Positions 45,364 through 54,461 of a stretch of DNA of 64,000 nt are shown piece by piece. The translations under genes and the position numbers were made by a program. The notes beneath the pieces were generated by a model that saw only the letters and a list, made by a program, of their open reading frames with translations, did no database searches and was not told the origin of the DNA. Numbering within the stretch: the first letter of the stretch is position 1; each line of letters starts with the position of its first letter. Source of the DNA: Bacteroidales bacterium (GTDB lineage Bacteria > Bacteroidota > Bacteroidia > Bacteroidales > JAIOZK01); the NCBI GenBank assembly GCA_021738625.1, contig JAIPBS010000013.1, forward strand, positions 22,378-86,377, read 5' to 3'.

Positions 45364-46890
45364 TCAATAGATTTCAATGTTGTTGATCACCACACTGGCG
45401 CCGCCTTCGTATGCATTCTGCACAGCCATTTCACGCTCGGCGATGGTCTCAACCTCGCCGGATAGCGTAGCCACCCCCTGATCTACCGTTATCTTGATAT
45501 CATCTTCATTAATGAAAGGCGACCACCAGAACTGGTTCTCAATGGATGCCTTTATTTCATCGTCACTTACGGGATGCGAATAAAGGGTAATGCCATAATC
45601 TTTCGGATAGGTAGTATTCCAGTTGTAATAATCATAATAGTAATCCCGGTTTTGCATGGTGTAAGCGTCTCTTACATTCAGATAGTTTTTCACGTCAACC
45701 ACACCATAAACCCTGCTTGTAATATCCTCGGCCTGTGACTTTTCAAAATAACTGTCCACCTCTCCATCCAGGTAAACAATTCCGTTAACGGCGTCCACAT
45801 CAATTTCGAAACGCTCAACATAGGGATCCATCAACAAGGCATGCGATACATCGTTGATTAGTTCCACATCGGCAGGTACCTCAGGCCTGACTTTGATCAG
45901 ATTGGTCACCATTGTAACGCCCACTACATTTCTTGCTGTTCGCTTGGCTGCACGTTTTGCTTTCAGGTTATCGACCGTACCCTTTAGGGTGACATTTGCA
46001 TCTTTAACAATAACTTTGATATCGAAGGAATTCACCCGTGGATCATACCAGAAAGCATCTTTCACCGCTTCTTCAATAGCTTCATCCGATTTTTCTGAAT
46101 ATTTGTCTTTTCTCAGATTGGGATTTCTGGCCCAGTATCTCACTTTTAAATCGGTAGTGTCAACATTTTCAACTCCTGTTGTATGGGCAATAACTGCCGC
46201 CTCATATTTTTCAGCAGCGCTTCCGACTATGCCGTCAAGTTCAACCACACCGTTTTTAACGCTTACATCAATCAGGGAGTTATCCACCATGATGCTGTTA
46301 TCGAGTGCACGGATCACTCCCTTTTTGATTTCCGGATCGGGTCGGTTGACAGTGTATTCAAACGCAATGTTGTTTTCAACAGCTGTGACGCCTTTAACTT
46401 GTTTGACAACGTCTTCGGCCAGCTGTTTCTCATGCCAGGATTCCACTTTGCCAAATAAATCGATCACCCCGTTATTGGCTTCCACATCAACTTCGTACGA
46501 ATCTGTTGCAGGATCGTTCAGCAGTGCTTCTTTTACCTGCTCTTTCAATTCATCATCCTCAACATCCGGCGTCCGAACGTCGATTTCATTCACAACCGCA
46601 CGCACGCCTTTTATGGTGCGTGCAATTGCTGCGGCTCTGTCTTTCGCCAATATATTGGGCACGCTGCCTGCAAGGGTGACTACGCCTTCATATGTGGAAA
46701 CATCGATCATATATGAAGGGACATCATCCCGGATGATCAATTCGGTTTCCACGGCAGTGGTGATCCTTTCATCGGAGATCTTCTCTTCCTCTTGCGCCAT
46801 TGCGCCGGTTGCGCCAAGGGCTAGCAGTAAGATAAAAACTGTTTTGAAGATATTTTTCATTGTTTTCATGTAGTTCATCATTTCCTCCAT
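45364..46890 (-). CDS. Periplasmic protein with six BON domains (OsmY-like)
   Basis: Signal peptide, then six D..I...V..AL......I.V....GVV.L.G.V repeats. True start may be 46869 or 46860. Confidence 0.88.
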   Translation of the reverse strand: MEEMMNYMKTMKNIFKTVFILLLALGATGAMAQEEEKISDERITTAVETELIIRDDVPSYMIDVSTYEGVVTLAGSVPNILAKDRAAAIARTIKGVRAVVNEIDVRTPDVEDDELKEQVKEALLNDPATDSYEVDVEANNGVIDLFGKVESWHEKQLAEDVVKQVKGVTAVENNIAFEYTVNRPDPEIKKGVIRALDNSIMVDNSLIDVSVKNGVVELDGIVGSAAEKYEAAVIAHTTGVENVDTTDLKVRYWARNPNLRKDKYSEKSDEAIEEAVKDAFWYDPRVNSFDIKVIVKDANVTLKGTVDNLKAKRAAKRTARNVVGVTMVTNLIKVRPEVPADVELINDVSHALLMDPYVERFEIDVDAVNGIVYLDGEVDSYFEKSQAEDITSRVYGVVDVKNYLNVRDAYTMQNRDYYYDYYNWNTTYPKDYGITLYSHPVSDDEIKASIENQFWWSPFINEDDIKITVDQGVATLSGEVETIAEREMAVQNAYEGGASVVINNIEIY

Positions 46891-46898
46891 TTATTTTT

Positions 46899-47283
46899 TT
46901 AATATGCTGCAATACCATAAATTATAACCGCTGCCAGCACAATAATGCTGACCCAGAAAAACATACCCACAATAGCCGGTTCTCTTTCGGGTTCCGGCTC
47001 GGGCTCGTTCACCACAATGCGTGTGGGTCGTTCGGGTGGGGTGGATGCGGCCATAATAATAGCGAGTACGATTCCCAGAATAATGATGGGAACCCAGGCC
47101 ACATCAAGCCAGGTCGGTCCAATGGGCGTCAGCCAGAGTGCTCCCGCCCAGATCACCAGGAACATCACCAGGAAAAAGGTCCAAAAGTTTCCCCAGGGGC
47201 CTCTGCTCCTGAAGCCGTAGAAGAAAATCACCGTGATGATTAGAGCAATTAGAAATGAAATCAATGCGCTGTAAAAATCCATG
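46899..47283 (-). CDS. Small 4-TM membrane protein, probably co-transcribed with the BON gene
   Basis: Hydrophobic helices with GPWG and PIGP motifs. Start placed at MDFYSA. Confidence 0.7.
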
Positions 47284-47540
47284 TCTCTTTGTTTTTGGTT
47301 TTCTCTATGTTGTGAGAAAAGCATTCCAATTTGTTTGGTTTGTTATTGCCGGAAATCTCATACTTAGATAAGCGCCTGCCGACAGATGCTTTGAGCAATG
47401 TTGACGCTAGCGTCGGAAAGCTCAAATCAAAATATTTCGTGGAAGAAATTCCACAGCTTTCAACATATGATCTTTCAGCAGTTGCAACAAAATATTCATT
47501 AAAGAAAAGTTATTTTTGTATGAATCCAAATTTGGCAATT

Positions 47541-48107
47541 ATGATACCATCTGATGTAATCGCTATGATCCGAAAAGGGAACCAAACCTTTCTTGAAAAC
47601 AAACAGGCTGATTATTTTAAAAATCATGCCGGTGCACAATCACCTTTGATCACCTTGCTAACCTGCTCCGATTCAAGGGTGCAACCAACGACCATTTTAC
47701 CCGATCCGGTCAACAAAATTTTCAGCATTCAAAACATCGGCAACCAGGTATCCAATTCGGAGGGCAGCCTGGATTACGGCATTCTTCATTTGAAAACCCC
47801 TGTGCTGCTGATCCTGGGTCATGCAGATTGCGGCGCCATTAAAGCCTACGCTGCCGGTTTTGATAAAGAACCCAGAACCATCCAAAGAGAACTCAATAAT
47901 CTGCACCCCGCTTTTTTGAATGAAACGGAAGATATGGGCATCATCGAAAGGATCAGGAAAAACATCAATTACCAGGTGCAGGTGGCGCAGGCCAAGTATT
48001 CGGAACAGGTTAAAAAAGGCGAGCTTGCCATCGTGGGAGCCTTTTACGATTTTGCGAATAGCCTGGGTGAAGGACACGGGAAGTTGCATTTGCTAAACGC
48101 ACTCTGA
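47541..48107 (+). CDS. Beta-class carbonic anhydrase
   Basis: GNQTF, CSDSR and GHADCGA Zn ligands. Start moved to MIPSD, after TATTTTTG at 47511. Confidence 0.88.
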   Translation: MIPSDVIAMIRKGNQTFLENKQADYFKNHAGAQSPLITLLTCSDSRVQPTTILPDPVNKIFSIQNIGNQVSNSEGSLDYGILHLKTPVLLILGHADCGAIKAYAAGFDKEPRTIQRELNNLHPAFLNETEDMGIIERIRKNINYQVQVAQAKYSEQVKKGELAIVGAFYDFANSLGEGHGKLHLLNAL

Positions 48108-48110
48108 TTT

Positions 48111-48487
48111 TAGCCTCGAATGCACGAATAAAAGGGAGTGGCAATTACACAAATAGTTTAGACACGAAAACACAAAATAAATTTTCACTACTGTCCGGGT
48201 AAATTTGGGGAGATTCCTCGCTTCGGAATGACAGTGTTTTCAGAGGCTTGGAAGGGGGTTGGGGGTAGTACGGCGGCTTTGCCGCTGTACTACCCCCAAC
48301 CCCCTTTGTATCTCCCAAATAGCAGGTCATTCCGAGCGAAGCGAGGAATCCCGTTGCGTTTAACCGGATAGTAGTGATAAATTTTATTTGTTAGCCGACT
48401 GATTAACCGGCCTTCCTGCAACGATTATTCTTACAAAAAATAATTCGTGTAATTCCTGTAAAAGACTTATTCGTGCATTCGTGGCTA
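48111..48487. repeat. Nested multi-layer palindromic element
   Basis: Five concentric inverted-repeat pairs, the innermost being a 26-bp GC-rich stem (see findings). Confidence 0.85.
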
Positions 48488-48530
48488 CCTTCCAATAATA
48501 AAATCACAATTCCCCGTTTTTATTTTAACA

Positions 48531-49295
48531 ATGAACAATCATTTCTCAAACAAGAACCTGAAGGACTTCCTGGAGTTCAAGTACCGGCAATACAACCGGC
48601 CTGAGTTTATTGAATGCGATCCTGTGAGTGTTCCGCATCAGTTCAAAAAAAAGGAAGACTTTGAGGTTGCCGGTTTTCTCACGGCCACCATTGCCTGGGG
48701 ACAGCGTAAAACCATCATCAGAAATGCACTGTCTATGCTGGAAAGAATGGAATTTGAGCCGCATGATTTCATCCTGAACTCAACAGCCCCCGAAAAGATC
48801 AAATTCACCACCTTTGTTCACCGCACCTTCAATGGAATCGACTGCGTTTATTTTCTCACCTCTTTGCAAAACATCTATCAAAACCATAACGGACTTGAAA
48901 ACTGTTTTAAAGGCAATAATGTAAAGAAAGCCATCCTCAATTTCAGGAAAGTCTTTTTTGAGCTCCCCCACCCTGCCCGCACCGAAAAGCATGTGGCCAA
49001 CCCCACCGCCGGGTCCTCCGCCAAAAGGATCAATATGTTTTTGCGGTGGATGGTAAGGAAAGATAAGCAGGGAGTGGATTTTGGCCTCTGGAACCAAATC
49101 CGCCCATCGGAACTTTTCTGCCCGCTGGACGTCCACTCAGGCCGGGTAGCCCGCAAACTGGGCCTGCTCAGCAGAAAGCAAAACGACTGGAAAGCAGTTG
49201 AGGAACTAACCGCAAACCTCAGAAAGCTTGACGCCTGCGATCCCGTTAAATATGACTATGCTTTGTTTGGGCTGGGGGTGTTTGAAGGGTTTTAG
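48531..49295 (+). CDS. TIGR02757 / DUF2400 family protein
   Basis: DPVSVPH, IAWGQR, FVHRTFN, SSAKRINMFLRWMVR, PLDVH and DPVKYDYALFG motifs. Confidence 0.9.
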   Translation: MNNHFSNKNLKDFLEFKYRQYNRPEFIECDPVSVPHQFKKKEDFEVAGFLTATIAWGQRKTIIRNALSMLERMEFEPHDFILNSTAPEKIKFTTFVHRTFNGIDCVYFLTSLQNIYQNHNGLENCFKGNNVKKAILNFRKVFFELPHPARTEKHVANPTAGSSAKRINMFLRWMVRKDKQGVDFGLWNQIRPSELFCPLDVHSGRVARKLGLLSRKQNDWKAVEELTANLRKLDACDPVKYDYALFGLGVFEGF

Positions 49296-49312
49296 CCTTA
49301 TTTCAAAAACAA

Positions 49313-50707
49313 CTATTCATTTTTGACGCATCTAATGCTAAGCGCATCTGTTTCCGGGGTAAGATAGCCTCCGGTTTCACCACTGTCATAACTTATCCAA
49401 AAGTTCAATTTCATGGTAATCCCCAATGTATTATAATGCCAGAATGAAGCACGATATCCCAGGTTTTGGTATGGACCTCCTACAGACATAGAACCGCCAG
49501 GCAGCGTGCTAAAACCGCTAATGTTTGTGGCATCGGTATTGGGATCATACCACAGACCGGTTCCCGCTTCTATCGTACCTGTCGTTTTCATCTTACCACC
49601 GGCTACAGAAGAACCACCAAGCGCGCTAACCAAATCAGTAAATTCATCATGGGAAGGAATGTGCCATCCGAGCGGACAAATGCCCTGGGAACCTTCGGTC
49701 ATTGAATATTGCATCATTTCATTCCATTGATATAAGCCACCATATGTATTGCAACTATCTTCCACGTCACGATAACAATACTTCTCAATAACATTATTAT
49801 CTGTTTGCATAACACTGCTGTCTATTCTTGTTCCGACATTAATATTTTGTGCCAACCAACACAGCCCACTTATAGATACGGTGGCATATTTTTGCTGATC
49901 TCTGATATCAGTCACCGAATCTCCGCAACTAAAGGGGGTTCCAATCGTACCCGATCCGAAGTCCAGTTGTTTCCAATCATAGTAATACGAGTTGAAGATA
50001 TATAGACTGTGATCGTCTGTATTGTAAACGATCAATCCATCTACCGGATCACTTATTGAATCAATTTGGTTTTCAGTAAGCCGCGGAAACAATACACCTT
50101 TGTTGGTTGAACGCACATCAAGCAGGGCAGAGTTTTCAGGCGCTGTTGTTCCAATGCCAACCCTTCCGTCCGTCTCAATGGTGAGGCGGGCCGTGCTATT
50201 GGTGTTGAGTCTTATTTCTTCATAAGCTGATATGGAGTATTCATTCCCTGAGTTTTCATCTTCCATGATGATGGAAAGCAGGTTCTGATCATCTCCTGTT
50301 ATTTTGATATTACCATAGTTAATATGCAGTTTCTCATCGGGTGTGGCCGTTCCAATGCCTACATTCCCATTATTTTCCAGTATGGTATTAGTACCTGATG
50401 TAGACCAGAGTTCTTCCCCTTTTTTAATCTCCTGCCAGCCATTTCCGTTAAAGAACCAGAAACTGCGGGTTTCATTGTCGTAAACCAGCAATCCTGTTGC
50501 CGGGTTTGATATTCCTGTTCTTTCTGAAGAACTCATCCTCGGCACCAACACACCTTTTTCTGTGGATTGGACATCCAGCATGGCGGAGGCATCGGGTGAA
50601 CTGCCATCGATGTTGACTGAAATTCCCTGAGCAAGTGAATCAGAAGACAGTAAAAAAAACATTAGAATTGCAAGAATAAAACCCCGTATTGTTGCTGCTT
50701 TTTCCAT
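49313..50707 (-). CDS. FISUMP (Fib_succ_major) domain protein, paralog 4
   Basis: Signal peptide, PDASAMLDVQSTEKGVLVPRM, NVGIGT..P, then YGGLYQW, GICPLGWHIP and SIRCVKN. Confidence 0.85.
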   Translation of the reverse strand: MEKAATIRGFILAILMFFLLSSDSLAQGISVNIDGSSPDASAMLDVQSTEKGVLVPRMSSSERTGISNPATGLLVYDNETRSFWFFNGNGWQEIKKGEELWSTSGTNTILENNGNVGIGTATPDEKLHINYGNIKITGDDQNLLSIIMEDENSGNEYSISAYEEIRLNTNSTARLTIETDGRVGIGTTAPENSALLDVRSTNKGVLFPRLTENQIDSISDPVDGLIVYNTDDHSLYIFNSYYYDWKQLDFGSGTIGTPFSCGDSVTDIRDQQKYATVSISGLCWLAQNINVGTRIDSSVMQTDNNVIEKYCYRDVEDSCNTYGGLYQWNEMMQYSMTEGSQGICPLGWHIPSHDEFTDLVSALGGSSVAGGKMKTTGTIEAGTGLWYDPNTDATNISGFSTLPGGSMSVGGPYQNLGYRASFWHYNTLGITMKLNFWISYDSGETGGYLTPETDALSIRCVKNE

Positions 50708-50961
50708 AAGATTAATTTTTTTTGGTGAACATAATGAACCAGCTCCGTTTCATGGTGGTTCAACCAGAGGTTAAATATATGAATATAAATTTGTTTACGG
50801 AAGAAATGGCTTTCAAACGTCAATAAAAAACCACCGGCGCGGTTAGAAGCAACCAAAGCGCCAATGGTAAGGGGGATGGAAAGAAGCGGTCTGATAGAAC
50901 CCATGCGTAATATCATAATGCTTTTAATATGAATTGCAAGACCCATGATTTAGGTTATTTT

Positions 50962-52332
50962 CTAATCTTTAATACAACGAACCGAAAATCCCTTCTCTTT
51001 ATCTGTTTCAAGCCGGCTGACTTGATCACTTGACCAGCCAAGCAATCTTCGCCATGCATTATCAGCATCGAATGTGCTTGAAGTCCAAAAAAGGCCAGCT
51101 GCTTGTATTTCTGAGAAAGTCACGCCAATTCCTCCGGTTACACGCAATCCACCAGGTTCTGCAGAAAAATCATAAAGATCGTCACCATAGCCTCCGGAAG
51201 CCCAGATATTTTCTGATTTCAAATTCAGACCGACATCAAATCCGCGGTAAAGGGTATTGTCCCATTCCCCGTCGCCAACTTTATACTTACTGTCCACATA
51301 ACCCTCAAGCGTTTTCCATTCCTCATCATCGGGCAAATGCCAGCCCATTGGGCAAATTCCCTGAGTTCCTTCCTCTGTCGTATACTGCATCATTTCATCC
51401 CATTGATACAAACCTCCATAGGTATCACAATTCGATTCAAGATTATCGTAACAATATTTTTCAATATTACCATTATCTGTCTGTTCATATTCTCCGTCAA
51501 CCCGAGTTCCAATATTTAGGTTTTCAGCCAGCCAGCATTGCGTTCCGATAATCACCGTATTGTAGCTTTGCCCACCATATGAAATTGTGCCGCATGACAT
51601 ACCATCGTTATTCATGGTTGGTTTCCAGGATTCACCATTATAGCAGAAAAGCATGTTCACTGTTGTGTTGAACACCAGCAATCCTGCTGTTGGCGATGAA
51701 ATTGAGTTCATTTGGTTGGTTGACATACGCGGAGGCAGCATGCCCTGGTTGGTTGAAGAGATTTCAAGGATAGCCGAAGATGCCGGATTGGTCGTCCCAA
51801 TGCCAATTCTTCCGTCCGTCTCAATGGTGAGGCGGGCCGTGCTATTGGTGTTGAGTCTTATTTCTTCATAAGCTGATATGGAATATTCATTCCCTGAGTT
51901 TTCATCTTCCATTATGATGGAAAGCAGGTTCTGATCATCTCCGGTGATTTTGATATTACCATAGTTTACATGCAGTTTTTCATCAGGTGTAACTGTACCT
52001 ATGCCCACATTATCCCCGTTATTTTCCAGGATGGTATTTGTGCTTGATTTAGTCCACAGTTCTTCCCCTTTTTTAATCTCCTGCCAGCCATTTCCGTTAA
52101 AGAACCAGAAACTGAGGGTTTCACTGTCGTAAACAAATAAGCCTGTTGCCGGATTTGAAATAGCTGTTCTTTGCGCAGTGTTCATCCTCGGCACCAACAT
52201 GCCTTTTTCTGTGGATTGGACATCCAGCACTGCGGAGGCATCGGGTGAACTGCCATCATTATTTATGGCTACCTGGGCATAAAGTATTGAAATTGAAACA
52301 AAAAAGATGAAAGTGAACAGTGTTTTTTTCAT
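50962..52332 (-). CDS. FISUMP domain protein, paralog 3
   Basis: Same architecture; IGTQCWLAENL, GICPMGWHLP and FSVRCIKD. Confidence 0.85.
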   Translation of the reverse strand: MKKTLFTFIFFVSISILYAQVAINNDGSSPDASAVLDVQSTEKGMLVPRMNTAQRTAISNPATGLFVYDSETLSFWFFNGNGWQEIKKGEELWTKSSTNTILENNGDNVGIGTVTPDEKLHVNYGNIKITGDDQNLLSIIMEDENSGNEYSISAYEEIRLNTNSTARLTIETDGRIGIGTTNPASSAILEISSTNQGMLPPRMSTNQMNSISSPTAGLLVFNTTVNMLFCYNGESWKPTMNNDGMSCGTISYGGQSYNTVIIGTQCWLAENLNIGTRVDGEYEQTDNGNIEKYCYDNLESNCDTYGGLYQWDEMMQYTTEEGTQGICPMGWHLPDDEEWKTLEGYVDSKYKVGDGEWDNTLYRGFDVGLNLKSENIWASGGYGDDLYDFSAEPGGLRVTGGIGVTFSEIQAAGLFWTSSTFDADNAWRRLLGWSSDQVSRLETDKEKGFSVRCIKD

Positions 52333-52434
52333 GTCAATTTGGGATTTAAAAATGTTGTTTTGAGTTGTTAAATTTAGTAAAAATTGCTTTTAGAGAAATA
52401 ACAAAGTCTAAAAACTATGAAATTAACACTTCAC

Positions 52435-54375
52435 TTAATCCTTTATGCAACGAATAGAATAAGCCAGGTCCATGCTCCAACCACCATCATATCTATGAAC
52501 CATATCAGAATCATAATACATTCTTCTTTCATATGCCGCACTATATTGATATGTTGAAGTCCAGAAATTTGCCGATTTTTCCCATTCCATGAACCCACTT
52601 GTTTTAACGTAACCCACCGGTAATGAAGTAAAACCAAAATCATCAGTACCATTTCCTTCTTCATACCAGTATTCATCAGATTTAAGTTTCTTGCCTGCAT
52701 CTGGCGAAACATAACCCGTTAATTGAGTCCATTCATGATCAGTAGGAATGTGCCAACCCTCAGGACAAATACCCTGGGCTGCTGAGTCGGTAACATATTG
52801 CATAAGTTCATGCCATAAATACAACCCCCCGTAAATTTCGCACTGGTCGGCGTTATCATATTGGCAATACTTTTCAATTATTCCGTTGTCGGTTTGATCT
52901 TCATCATGGTTAATTTGCGTACCTATATTCAGGTTCTCTGCCATCCAGCACTGATCACCAATTATAACAGTACTATATGTTTGTCCCTCATAAGTGAAAT
53001 CACCACAGGGATCACCATCATTGTTTGCGATTTGTTTCCAGTTTGCCCCATTGTAAATCATTAAAACGTTGAGTGTAGTATTAAAAACAATCAGGCCACT
53101 TTGAGGATTGTCTATTGATTTCATTTGAGTCATTGTTAGTCGCGGAGGTAACAGTCCGCTCGTAGTAGTATTGATTTCAAGCTTCCCGTTAACACTCAGC
53201 TCGTTATTATCAAACTCTCCATATATCAATGGGTTTGCTGTATCAGAATTGTCAACATAGAGTTTGTTACTGCCCGTTTCATTTTTTCCGGTCTGGTATC
53301 CGATAAACACATTGCCTGACTTATTGTGTAATGAACTTCCGGCGCCGGCTTCGTATCCCAGCATTGTATTGTTGTTCCCTGTTTGATTATAGAGGTTGGC
53401 CCGGTAGCCAACACCCGTGTTACCACTGCCGGTGGAATTAGCGTATAAAGCCTGTGATCCTAAAGCTGTGTTTTTACTGGCGGTATTGCTTAATAATGCA
53501 TCATATCCAATTGCTGTATTGTTACTTCCACTAACATTGGTGTTAAGAGAAGTAAATCCAAGTGCCGTATTACGCTGGCCATCCACATTTGCTTTTAGTG
53601 CTTGAAAACCGATGGCGGTGTTTTGAATACCATCAAGATTAGCATTCATAGCATAATAACCAACGGCAGTATTTCTGTCGCCTATGGTATTGGTTAGGCC
53701 TGATCCTGATCCGATAAAAACATTCCGGTTGTCGCTAAGGTCATCATTCAGGCCTGCATCAATACCAAGAAATACCGAATTACCGGTTGAAGTCTGGGAG
53801 ATACGCCCGGCAACATCCAGTTTGGCGCCCGGGGCGGTAGTTCCAATTCCAACTTCACCATTGGGTTCGATGGTAAGCCTTTCGGTTCCATTGGTTCTAA
53901 GTGTTAAATCTTCATACCCAACAATGGAAAACTCTTCTTCTGAATTTTCATCATCCCAGATCAGTGAAAGGAGGTATTCATCATCTCCGGTAATCTTAAT
54001 ATTACCGTAATTGATATGTAATTTCTCTTCAGGATTATTTAATCCTATCCCGACATTTCCATCGTTATAGTAAACCTTACTTCCGTTGCTAACCCACTGG
54101 CTGCTCATCACCTGCCAGTCGGGAGTGCCTGCCGTTCCTTTGTTCATATAAAAGTTGTTGTCATCCGTACAAAAGATCAGCAGGCCTTTTGCCGGATCGC
54201 TGATGGCATCCCGCTCGGCTTCGGTCATCCGCGGCACCAGCATGCCTTTTTCAGTGGATTGTACATCCAGCATGGCGGATGCATCGGGTTCGCTGCCGTC
54301 TTTATTTATGGCTACCTGGGCAAACAAACCGGTTCCGCCAATTAACAATGCTATAGTAAAGATGATCTTTTTCAT
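52435..54375 (-). CDS. FISUMP domain protein with 14-aa N-x-x-G-x-x-N-T-A-x-G repeats, paralog 2
   Basis: About 10 repeats; C-terminal YSIRCIKD. Confidence 0.85.
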   Translation of the reverse strand: MKKIIFTIALLIGGTGLFAQVAINKDGSEPDASAMLDVQSTEKGMLVPRMTEAERDAISDPAKGLLIFCTDDNNFYMNKGTAGTPDWQVMSSQWVSNGSKVYYNDGNVGIGLNNPEEKLHINYGNIKITGDDEYLLSLIWDDENSEEEFSIVGYEDLTLRTNGTERLTIEPNGEVGIGTTAPGAKLDVAGRISQTSTGNSVFLGIDAGLNDDLSDNRNVFIGSGSGLTNTIGDRNTAVGYYAMNANLDGIQNTAIGFQALKANVDGQRNTALGFTSLNTNVSGSNNTAIGYDALLSNTASKNTALGSQALYANSTGSGNTGVGYRANLYNQTGNNNTMLGYEAGAGSSLHNKSGNVFIGYQTGKNETGSNKLYVDNSDTANPLIYGEFDNNELSVNGKLEINTTTSGLLPPRLTMTQMKSIDNPQSGLIVFNTTLNVLMIYNGANWKQIANNDGDPCGDFTYEGQTYSTVIIGDQCWMAENLNIGTQINHDEDQTDNGIIEKYCQYDNADQCEIYGGLYLWHELMQYVTDSAAQGICPEGWHIPTDHEWTQLTGYVSPDAGKKLKSDEYWYEEGNGTDDFGFTSLPVGYVKTSGFMEWEKSANFWTSTYQYSAAYERRMYYDSDMVHRYDGGWSMDLAYSIRCIKD

Positions 54376-54461
54376 TATTTAAGTTTCTATCCAATTTCGT
54401 TTGTTTAAATTTTTTTTTAATTCGCCTGCCGGCGGATCTGTTAAATTTCAAATTTCAAATC

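Noticed and set aside
45854-46873. 339-aa plus-strand ORF
   Set aside because: Antisense shadow of the BON gene with a Ser/Thr-rich, motif-less translation. The same applies to the many short antisense ORFs in the track.
48145-48330. 61-aa minus-strand ORF within the nested palindrome
   Set aside because: Lies wholly inside inverted repeats and has no protein motif; likely spurious.
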